DNA of 63,322 nt, counting the filler, from Lenisia limosa (lineage: Eukaryota > Protista > Breviatea), in assembly GCA_001655205.1 (NCBI GenBank). It is 8 parts of 8 records of this genome, joined end to end, with 100 filler letters (N's around TTAATTAATTAA, not from the genome) between each part and the next. Parts side by side here need not be neighbours in the genome. Positions count along the whole stretch, not along the records: positions 3,331 to 30,524 come from LPNZ01010688.1; 7 more parts are not named here. The stretch is one strand, 5' to 3'. Of this stretch, positions 12,722 through 23,316 are shown one piece after another (position 1 is the first letter of the stretch; each line of letters opens with the position of its first letter). The translations under genes were made by a program, and so were the position numbers. The notes under the pieces were generated by a model, which ran no database searches, had not been told where the DNA came from, and saw nothing but the letters and a program-made list of their open reading frames with translations.

Positions 12722-12795
12722 ATCTCAGACAAGGTTGAATCAGCGTATGGTGTTGTCATCAAAAGATTCAGTGGAAAGAACGAATCATCATCGAT
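12722..12795 (-). ncRNA. Box C/D snoRNA family A, copy 4
   Basis: Same boxes, lying in the intron between exons ~12628-12672 and ~12830-12878. Confidence 0.85.
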
Positions 12796-12926
12796 ATGAT
12801 AAGGTTGTAAATTGAAGTAGAAGCTCACCATGATAAGGAAGTAACCTGCTTATGGGACTGCATTTGCTTCAAATGTCTAAACAAGTTAGTAAAGAAAAAC
12901 TAAGTGTATGGGTCAAAAAGTGAATG

Positions 12927-13017
12927 AAAAGCCTCACTTTCAGCCTGTTTTTTCAACATAACAGCAAGAGCGAGTAACCCAAGCGTCAGCCGGTAATTCC
13001 AATGTGTTCATCGACAG
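12927..13017 (-). ncRNA. Box C/D snoRNA family B, copy 2
   Basis: Near-identical to 11851-11941. Confidence 0.8.
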
Positions 13018-13149
13018 ATAAGAAAATGTGTTCCATTCAAACATACCAAAGACGGGTCCCGATGGCACGTGAGTTCATAACGACTAACAAGCGGTAAACT
13101 GAAAACGTAAGTATGGGTTTGGGGATGCCGAGCATGCAGGAACAAATGA

Positions 13150-13228
13150 ATCTCAGAGGGAAGTCGAGCGAGTTATCATCACGGACTAATACAGATGTAC
13201 TTTGGGAAGTAAAATTTTCTTCACTGAT
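13150..13228 (-). ncRNA. Box C/D snoRNA family C, copy 2
   Basis: Near-identical to 11631-11709. Confidence 0.75.
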
Positions 13229-13360
13229 GGAAATTACGAAGGGCAAGCGCAACAACTAACCTTAGAAGTTGTCAATCGAACTAGGCGCGAGAGTGATGGT
13301 GTTGTTGAGCTCTAAAGAAATGAGGGAGGTTTGAGTGATAAAAATCACAGGAAAGAAGTG

Positions 13361-13436
13361 AAAAGCCTCATTTTCAGCCTGTTTTTTCAACATAACAGCA
13401 AGAGCGAGTAACCCAAGCGNNNNNNNNNNTGACAGA
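13361..13436 (-). ncRNA. Box C/D snoRNA family B, copy 3 (interrupted by 10-N gap)
   Basis: D-box half is identical to the other B copies, and GACAG resumes after the gap. Confidence 0.7.
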
Positions 13437-13560
13437 CTCAAGCAAGTGAATACTCACCGTTCAGCGTAGAACTACAACGACTCCCTTCATTGTCATGTCA
13501 CTCGGGGAATCTGAATATGTGAGGAGCGATCAGAAGAATTTTGTTGATCAAGTAAAAAGA

Positions 13561-13639
13561 ATCTCAGAGGGAAGTCGAGCGAGTTATCATCACGGACTAA
13601 TACAGATGTACTTTGGGAAGTAAGTTTTTCTTCACTGAT
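13561..13639 (-). ncRNA. Box C/D snoRNA family C, copy 3
   Basis: Near-identical to the other C copies. Confidence 0.75.
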
Positions 13640-13778
13640 TCAAAATGACAAATTAGAAGCAGCTTCAGCTAACCGTAAAGACACCATAGCTAGGTCATCA
13701 GAATAACCAAAGAATTCTCGTGAAGGGTCTAAAGAGTCAATTCCGGTAAATCGGGGATAGGAAGGGGAAATGGTGTAT

Positions 13779-13869
13779 AAAAAGCCTCATTTTCAGCCTG
13801 TTTTTTCAACATAACAGCAAGAGCGAGTAACCCAAGCGTCAGCCGGTAATTCCAATGTGTTCATCGACA
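13779..13869 (-). ncRNA. Box C/D snoRNA family B, copy 4
   Basis: Near-identical to the other B copies. Confidence 0.8.
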
Positions 13870-14597
13870 AGTGCGGCAGAAATCAGGTTTCTCCACTGAC
13901 CTTTGGGGGACGAGCATGTGTTACTTGCCTTAGTGTCATGGAGTGAAAAGGAGAACCTAGGAGAGTCAGAGTTGAAAAGGAGAACCGGGAGGATCAGCTG
14001 ATCTCAACTGATTCAAGCAGCAATCCTTTTGTGGATTGATACTGATTGATGCCATGATAGTTGAAACCTCATATAATGAAGTGCACACACCCGAAAATTT
14101 AGAGGGGGAAACCGTATTCTGGGCTCCATCTGCTGACATTGCGAGCTCTGAAGCGTGAGAAAAGTAAAAAAGGGAAGTGGTGGGTGACCAAAAAAGAAAT
14201 GCTTCTTTGAAGCCAATTTCCCCCCCAAGAGTGATAGATGAGCGCAATTTTATTCAAAAGGATGATTCAGATCAGCAACTGAAAAAGAAACCCACAGAAA
14301 AGCTGCATAACTCACCTTAAAGAGCGAGATGAAAGAGCTGGACCATCAAAGACTTTTATGAAGATCATCATTTCAAAAGGGGAAAATAGAAAAAAATTAT
14401 CCTGCAAAAAGGGAAAGTTCGGTTCATTTCACATGTCATTACGATATTAGAATTGATGCATTTCTTTTACTTGGGTTAACCCCTTTTCCCTCTCTCCTCT
14501 TGCTTGTAATATTACTTACTTAAATGTAGTATTTCATATCTAAAATAAAAAATCAGATAAGCGCGTTAGCTACTCTGTTTTTGTGTGATCATGAATC

Positions 14598-17500
14598 ATG
14601 ATAGACTGTTTGTTGAGGCGTAATATCTCACAGTTTAGGCCACCAAAGAACCATAAAAATACTCTTTTGGTATCAAGCAGACAGGTAATTGTTTTCGTAC
14701 TTGACCGCTCAGAAAGGAAACCCACTGTTGAACTTCCTTCGTGTGAAGTGGCAGTTTTCTGACACAATCGAAGCAGATTTCCATGTCGCCAATAGCACCC
14801 TTGCGATCGCCTATCTCACGTGAGCCTTGTGAAAGTTTATTTGGATGACTAGAATTCTGAGCACTGGACAAATAAACATAACACTGGTCATATACTCATA
14901 AGTAATGGTAATAGAATGCATGTCATCTCATGCAGTCCTTTCGTCTTGTCGAATGCTTCGACANNNNNNNNNNNNNNNNNNNNNNNNNNNNNNNNNNNNN
15001 NNNNNNNNNNNNNNNNNNNNNNNNNNNNNNNNNNNNNNNNNNNNNNNNNNNNNNNNNNNNNNNNNNNNNNNNNNNNNNNNNNNNNNNNNNNNNNNNNNNN
15101 NNNNNNNNNNNNNNNNNNNNNNNNNNNNNNNNNNNNNNNNNNNNNNNATCCCTTTTCATTGAATTATAGGATGAGGGCAAGCTCAGACAAGAGGTGCTAC
15201 TGGATCTGAACTTGATTCAAATGAACATCAAATGCCAGTTTTGGCCATTCGTATCGTAGGCTTGGCTGTGAACATCAAATAATCCCAAATTAATAATGGA
15301 ATCGTTTTTTTTTGTTATAAAAATTATTAATCTTTCCTCTTTAGGATGAGTAATTGTGGAGACTTCATCTCAACCAGTTGTGAGTATGATGGTTTAGACT
15401 GGGGACCTTATCTGAAGAAGGCGTCATCACCAAGGGAGAAGGTGAGTATTATGTGTTTTTCAATCTTTGTATCAGCTTGTTTGGCAGCTTACTCCTTTTG
15501 AAGCAAGTTAATTTGATTTAAAGTATTCTCTGTCCTCAATATTTCATGTTGATCCTTTAGGTTTATGAATTTTTTAATGAAATTCGGGGTATCAACCGTG
15601 AAGACACCAGGAACCTGATGAGGGAGTTCAAAGTGAGAGGTTATCCACTAATTTCAATTTAGTTAAGCTACTAGATTTGATTTTCTGCTGTTTGCTTCTT
15701 ACCCCCCTCCCCGCAGACAGTAGCCCGAGTCATAGTAGCGACCAAAGATGAGCTTGAACTGGTCCAGGGGATTGGGCCAAAAAAAGCCTCCTACCTATAC
15801 ACGTATTTCCGAATGTCGAAGCAGTCGAGCGATGAGGCATTCATGAAAAGGTCGCGAGAGGAACTCAAGGCTATTCTGGACTATGTTGGAGGAGGCACAG
15901 CAAAAGATGAACATGTTTTTTGGAATATACCATAGCTAATTAATTTGACAATCTCTATATTGACAATACATGTACATAATATATTGACAATCTTGTCAAT
16001 CTCATGGTCTCAGGCGCTTGCCCCAGCCAATCCTGATTCCCGTATGCCTTTGTCAGAACAGGTTTCAGGCCTACCGCTAACTCATCTTGACTACATCAAA
16101 TCAAGAATGAAGAAGAGGGAAAAGGTGGGTTCTATTGACAGTTTTGGTGGTGTTCCATTTGTTAATGTTCTTCTGACAAGTTCAGGACGAGGCTATTGCG
16201 ATTCTCAAGTCTATCTACCTGAATGTCCCCCTGAAAGTTGGTAATTAGTAGGATTATTCAGTATTGTTTTTGAGTTTCTTCGATTTCTCACACCATAGGA
16301 AGCTTCACCCGTTCAAGCTGGGAAGAGAATGAAGAGAGTTGATGACTCGCCATACTATATACCATTCAGCCGAGAAAGTGACACTGACTCGGATGTTGAA
16401 CAAAAGGTTCGAATCAGAGTCACCTTTTCATCCCCTTAGGTTTTATTGTCATCAGTTTTCCTTCACAGTACTGTTCACTCATCTGTAAAATGGTGAATAG
16501 TTTTCATTCCGAATTGCAATATTTTTTAAGATCATCTAACACGATAGACCCCAACTTGCTTAACATAGCAGGCTCCAAGACCCCAGGCCGACCCTTATGC
16601 AACATTTGAGCCTCCTGAAGTGTTCCAAGACGAATATGCTCCAATAAACGTTGAGAACTTGTTCTATTTCCCTTTTAAGGCTGAAATGCCACGTGAAGAA
16701 ACAGCAAGGTTTGGGTATTCCTGAATTGTTTTGAAGATATTGGTTAGTTCTGACTCTAATTTATATTACTTAGTCGATCTTTGCTTGCTCACTTGTCACC
16801 AAAGTAGATTTCGGTTTATTTCAGCTGATGAGCTTTCTAAAGCCAATAAATCGCTGGTCTCTCAAATGGAAGACCCGGTACTCAAAAACCTCCCGAAAGG
16901 TTTGTCTATATCTGTAATTGATAGGAGTGATAGGAGTGATTGTGGACATAGGAGTGATGAGTGATAGGGTGGTAGGGTGGTAGTCACTTCTTTGTGATGA
17001 TACATTTCGTTGCAGTAAATAGAAACATCTTACCTCCATCACAGGTGCAATTCTTCCTTCAGAGCAAGAGGGCGATGGTGAGTCGACTGTTAACAAGGCG
17101 CTATCAAGAAAGAACAGACTTTTGTGAGCCCTGGTGCTCATATAATATGACTTCTCAGAAGTTGTATTTCGTTCAATATTATTATTGTAATGTTGTAGAA
17201 AGGCAATGGAGAGGGACAAAGACCTGGAAGCGGTTGAGGTGTGCATAAGAATCAGAAGCTTCAATTCCTAGTTTCTGATTGTCTCAATCTTTCATCGATA
17301 TGCAGTTTTATTCCAGTCATTCCCATCACCTTACTCCTCCATAGGTTCCTGAGGGCAGTAACTTGAGTTTGCTGGAGGAACATCGAAAAAGCGTATTGAG
17401 GGATCGGAACGTCGAGAACTCCCCCGAAGCCAAGGCTGTTAGGGATAAGGTATGGATGGAGTATCAGAGTGTATTAACAAATTATACTGCATTCCACTCT

Positions 17501-19352
17501 ATTAACACCCCATTTTTGAGTCGCTAACACTATAGGCCCGCGCGTTAGGACGCAAACCTGCGGATGATTGGCGCAAAGATGCTGGCATCTTCCCATTTGG
17601 CCCCATGGCCCCTTGGCAGGTACAGGAAGCGAAAATACGGCTGCTGAAAGAACGAAAATGGAAACAGTAATGGGGCATCAAATCAGGTTCATATTCTTGT
17701 CACACTTCTTTGACATTGCTTGTGATAAAATCTACTCTGTACTCTTTAATGAAAAACGTAGTAAAAGAGGTATTCTTACCCACATTTTTTTAGAAAAAAA
17801 GACTCATATGACTGTAGAGAGAATAAACGGCTTGAAGAGCTCTTTGATCCTGAGACAACCATCTTCCCAAAACACGTCATCACGGACTTCATGATCGATA
17901 GGGAAGTGAAGGCTGTGGGAGGGGGCGAAGCAGACTTTGGTAACAATTTAAAATTTGACAGTATGTGATTTACTAATATTGTAGTCTCATAACGTGAAGA
18001 CGCGCGACCAGGCGTATCACGACTTACGAGTGGACATTGACCTCACCGTGGCTGCACAAAGGTGCTGGGTTGTGTTTTCATTATTCTGGAATGCGTGGAT
18101 TGTATCTATTTGAAAGAGCTGATTATTGTACCCAGTTACTGCCCTGAGTTTTGTTTTCTTTTTGTATCATTTCCCCCTTTCACCCCCCCCCNNNNNNNNN
18201 NNNNNNNNNNNNNNNNNNNNNNNNNNNNNNNNNNNNNNNNNNNNNNNNNNNNNNNNNNNNNNNNNNNNNNNNNNNNNNNNNNCAACATCGCATCCGATGC
18301 ATCAAGGCTGAGAGAGACAATGTAGCGCAGCCGGCATTGGAGGGTGAGGCTGCGTTCATCCCCTCGAAGGAGAAATATGTCGAACTTCACCAGGTCCGCA
18401 CCACTGCCTGTTTTCGAGGTCTTTTGTCCAGCCTTTGTAATAGACAGCTTCATTTCTACTTTTTTTTGTTCTCATTTCCTGTTTTAATCCAATATTTGCT
18501 TTGATGTTGATTCAATTTTCGTTTCTTCCGATACTATTATTGAGTTACATCTTACCCCACCCAATGTTGTCAACAGAGTTGTTTGGGCTTTGTTTGTTTC
18601 AAAAATTGTCCAATTTTACTCCCTCCCCCAGGCGGTATGCAGCAAATACGAGGCCATTGTCTCAACCGGGGTGCCAAAGCCACGGAAAGCCCTCAAGAAA
18701 TGGGTGACCTCCATTGCAGGACCTGAGCGCAAGGTTCAATGGAACAATCTCCCGCATATTGTCTTGAGAGAAAAAGGTCTGTTATACACAACGATAAATC
18801 TGGGTAAATTAGGAGAATTTTAATACGATTGCACAATACATAAATTTCTCTGATGTTCAAGTTGACTATGGTGGGGGACACATCAAACCAGAAGTTCGGC
18901 AAGTCAAAATTGACGAAGTAAAAGTGAGGCTTGCTGGTTCTACCATCTACTGTATATTTGAGGAAAATTGTTAAACTCTGTTTCTTTCATTGTTAGCGAT
19001 TCTATTTACCATAATGCCTCTTACTTGATAGGCGCTGTATGGTCTTGATGACATTACGGATGATTTGTATCGACAGATGAACCACACTGTTGCGAGACCT
19101 CAAAACGGTTGGCTTGTGACATGAACAATATTTTCTTTCATTTTACTGAGTCAGATATCGTATGATATAACATGTCATATTCATCTTCTGTCCCAATGTC
19201 ACTCTCTAGATGGCACCACCGAAGAGGACCATGTGTTTGACGAGCAATACGACCGAATAAGGGAATCAGAGCGAAGGCGAGGGGAACGCGAGTTGAGACG
19301 ACTTGAGGAGAGTCTTGACCCCATATCTGGCCCGAAGAAGACAAGAAGATGA
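14598..19352 (+). CDS. ERCC1: ERCC1-like excision repair protein, apparently with a long C-terminal extension (multi-exon)
   Basis: SRQ|KGNPLLNFLRVKWQF (28-nt intron 14685-14712), VYEFFNEIRGINREDTRNLMREFK and HhH TVARVIVATKDELELVQGIGPKKASYL match ERCC1. About 13 further open exons (16014-19352) follow with no upstream ATG. Some exons are hidden in N at 14963-15148. Confidence 0.8.
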
Positions 19353-19792
19353 CAGAAGGAAGGATTCCAATAATATTTATATTACTACTGTACAACAACA
19401 AAACAGTGATACTGTAGCGTCCTGTCTTTTTGTATGGTATTTTCCTTGTTGAACAGGAGAGATGTTCAGAGTAGATTGTCGGTAATGGAACCTTTATTAG
19501 GACTACAGCGGGTGAGATGAAATGATAATAGAGCCGATATTGAACCCTAAAAGTTGGGATAGTACGTGATAGGGGGTACGGGAGTAGCCTGAGATTTAAA
19601 CGCACCCGCCTGAACCCCTTTCATCGAATATTCACAACCCAAACCTGTAAACCCCCTTATATCAATAATCCCCACCATCATAAGCATCCCCCCCCCCTGT
19701 GTGTGTTGTTCATGTCATGTTTATTTCGCTTTTTCAGTGATTGTGGTTCGTGATTAGTACCTTCGCAAATATTCATCATCGACATCCCCCCC

Positions 19793-22700
19793 TCACATTC
19801 TTGTCGGTGTGGCAGATGGTCGTCTTGGTGAGGGGGACACAAACGGTGACGCGAATCGCATAGATGTTGACCGCAAAATACTGTTAGGTGTTGAGCCTAA
19901 TACTCCTGTGGGGGTTAATGATGGTTAGACTCCTCCTTCATAACCGGTCCATTCACCTCCAATGTATAGCAATGATAAATAAAAAATAAGGTTGTATCCA
20001 GCCGAAGCCGTCCACACCATTACGCTTATATAAGATAATGGATTATAGTATCATATTTATTCACCCAATCATTTGCCTTAAAACTCTGTATACACAGTGT
20101 TCTGCTTGCCTCAATACCCAATCATTTCGCAGAGTCCTGTATACCAGAGGATGCTCTACTTGGGGTGTTCCTCTTGAGAAGGGCGGATGCAGCTGGTGAG
20201 AGCCCTATTGCAGGTTAATCCCATCCGGGCAAGTTTTATCATATCATATCATGAAGTAGGGTGAACTGCCTCTTCCCACCACATCCTTTGAGCACCCCCA
20301 ACCCCCACCTATTTTACCGTCAGCACTCCTATCCCGTGCTTTCATGCGCTGTTTATTGCGCTTTTTAGCGATGTTTTCCTGGGCCAATCGATGGGCTACT
20401 ACCTCTCGTCTGGAGAGTAAATGGGAATTTAGTACCCATCCCCCACCCCAAAAAAACAAAAAAAAAACAATTGAGATGCACACGAGTAGGGGCTGTACAA
20501 AGCTGCGTGAATGGTTGTGGCAACAAACAAGCACAATAATATTATATCACATTTCCACCTTTCAATATAATATTATAATCCAAAGCATCAACGGTGAAAT
20601 CTCGCTTGAATAATGATATTAAATGCTTGTACTTTATACTTTTCTAAGATCTGCGCCTTCCAGCCACCCCGCACCCTGTTTGTTGTGGGACCTTAAAAGC
20701 GTTCTTCGGTGGCGGGCCTGCATTGACTCGGATTGGCGTCGCAGCGACCTCACCCCATGTCATACCGGGGGCAAAACTGGCATCCTGGGGAATGGGGTCA
20801 ATGAAATGGTAGGTTAATGAGACATCAACTCCGAAAGCGCAGAAGTAGATACCAGTCTTATGCTGCTCAAAGTATGTCCAAACTCAACATTTGTTCCTGA
20901 AAATTTAGGGCTTCACTTCGGTAAATAGATCCCTCGAAATTTATCGAACCGGTATTTTTCGAACCAGCCCCCTGGAAATCCCAACGCACCTCAAGTTCAC
21001 TCCGAGACGGGGTGTTGAGAACATCATCCGGGTTGACCACCAGCTCTCCCTTGATTTCTTGGGGTACAGCTGGGTGAGAGAGGGGGGGGGGGTAAAACGA
21101 AAGGAGACTTGATGNNNNNNNNNNNNNNNNNNNNNNNNNNNNNNNNNNNNNNNNNNNNNNNNNNNNNNNNNNNNNNNNNNNNNNNNNNNNNNNNNNATGG
21201 GATGTTGTCGTTAACATCTGATCAACTGATTCAATGTCTTGATAAAGAGAGGGAGTAGACCGGAGAAATGGAGTAAGTAGAGTTGGATCTAGACGAAGCT
21301 GTCCACACTATTATGAATAAGCAAATATTATAACACATAATGTAATGTTGTGTTAAGTAGGAGTAATTTGATTTATAGTTGCAATGAATCTCCTCTCACT
21401 CAGCTGTTTGTGGTAAACTTCAAGATCCACCCTTGTGTTCTCCCTGTTAATAACTTTAGGAGCACGCTGACTCTAAAGAGAACGTCAGAACTCGACCAGA
21501 AGATCTTTTTGAAACAAGACACCCAAGAACTGTATCTGTTACACACCCCACTCACAACATCCAGCTTATCTGCCTCGAGAGAGAGCACACCGTCCGGGTT
21601 GAACATCAAATTACTCCGTGCAGCGTAATCCCATCCCAGGTAACTTGCTGCGCAGTCAGTTGTAATCTGAGATCAATTTTATGTTGAAAAGAAAGCAACT
21701 AATCTAACTTTCTACTTCACAATCATCTTTTACTATTAACTCAGGGAAGATAATTCGTTCAGTTGTTATTGTCTTTGAATGTGCTTCCCCCCTCACAGCC
21801 CGGCTTGTTCACTTTTGCTGCATTAGTTCCGGTCAGAGCAAGCATGTTCTTATGGTGCTCCAGATACTTCAGTCTAAAGGGTCATAAATAGATACACAAA
21901 TATTGATTGAAAATTGAAAGACTATAATAAGTAACACGAATTTTACCCTCTCCCACTCTCTATCTCTGAAGTGCTTCCGCAGCTCTCCACCTTCGCGGAC
22001 TTTCTTCTCCGCCAGCATGACGCCTGAGAACGCAGCGTTGTCCTCCGATGTGTACTTACGCATGAAGGAGTCGAGCCTCATATCCTTGGTGTCAACTGAA
22101 CGCAGCGGCCGAAGATCGGTGCCCTGCGAAGTCAAATATCGTCTTTTCTCAGCGGAAGTTTGAGGGACCACAGTACAGAACATAAGTGAGGTGTTCTTCA
22201 GTTCAAAGTGAAACCTGATGAACTGCAACAATAATCTTGGCAATACCCCCCACCCACAGCATCCTCTTCATCTGCACCGTCGTCTTCTTTCGGTTCCAAT
22301 GTTCTATCGTCCACCTCCAGGGACACTATTGAAGACTTGCTATCCTGCGGATTCTGATAGGGTTAATAAAAAGGGTATCTAATTTTTACTTAATATATAA
22401 CAAGAAAAAGCTACAGAATGATCAGAGGCTGATACTGTTCTCATCATTGTTTCATACACGCAATCATTGACTCTCTATCCCCATACATGTCCATTCAACG
22501 CCGCAAGATCCGGGAAGTAGTCCCTTTCAATGATCTTCTCTACCGCAGCCGTAAAGACATCCTCGTCGAGGACCTTTGAGCACGTCTTTTCTCGTATCTC
22601 TATTGCCACTTTCTTCTGGGCTTGTAGGGCTGCCAAGGCTCCAGCCCCGGGACGCTGGAGGGTTAAACAAGAAAAATAGAAATATTCAACTTGGTTTTGA

Positions 22701-23125
22701 TGTTGGACTGAACTGGCGAAAGAAAAGCCAACTTTGAATCAGTGGTGAAGATTTTCAAAAGATGTATCATAAAATAATATTCTTATAAGAAGCCAGAGAA
22801 AGGAGGAGTACCTTGTAGGCCATTATCTCTTTATGAAGCTCCTTTTCTCGGTCCTCAATTCTGTCAATGTGGACCTCCCGATACCGGGCGGGCTGTGACT
22901 AAAAGATCAAATCAGAGAGATCCAGAAAAGCGCTTCAATGCTCTCAACAGGTTCAAAACAAGCTAATAAAACAGAGCCCATTTGCACTTTGATCGAGGAA
23001 TTGAGAGGTTATGAATGATAGCCTTGAGTAATTTTTCACCTCATCATCCAACGAACCTTTGGTGCTTCAATAATTGCTCCATTTTGATCAGGGGTTGAAG
23101 CGACAATCGCAGATTTCTTCTCCAT
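19793..23125 (-). CDS. ESS2: Splicing factor ESS-2/DGCR14 homolog (multi-exon)
   Basis: KVLDEDVFTAAVEKIIERDYFPDL, RLDSFMRKYTSEDNAAF, WDYAARSNLMFNPDG, VINRENTR, MTWGEVAATPIR and LSPAASALL motifs in the correct order. The last exon is tentative. Confidence 0.9.
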
Positions 23126-23316
23126 TGTGACAGTGCTTTCAAGACAACGTGCTATATGTTTTGTGACCACTTTATTTGATATCTACACAGAATAATACAT
23201 TAAAATCGAGCCAAGAGGGACAAAAAGGGCAAAAAAGAAAACTAAAAGGCAATCATATAATGGGGACAGGTAACAGTGAGTTATACAGTGTTTTCTAGGC
23301 AAGCTAAGCACGCCTG

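Larger units (their letters stand above)
11330..14372 (-). ncRNA. Putative non-coding snoRNA host gene with tiny exons and one box C/D snoRNA per intron
   Basis: Regular ~215-bp exon/intron period. Exons of 35-62 nt have good GT(A/G/T)AG/GTATGT donors and YAG acceptors. Exon 13458-13510 has stop codons in all three frames, and exons 13261-13311 and 13047-13098 cannot be joined into an open frame. Introns carry C/D-box elements. Confidence 0.75.

Noticed and set aside
12828-12878. In-frame TAA suggesting a TAR=Gln genetic code
   Set aside because: About 30 Gln codons in conserved exons of D2HGDH, ESS2 and ERCC1 are all CAA/CAG. The exon belongs to the non-coding host gene.
11630-13870. Repeat-spacer pattern read as a CRISPR-like array or as a repeat protein (e.g. 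IDDDSFFPL, VRDDNSLDFPL)
   Set aside because: There are three different 75-90 nt repeats with C/D boxes and rRNA complementarity. The spacers contain splice sites, the repeats fall inside introns, the frames close, and no cas genes are present.
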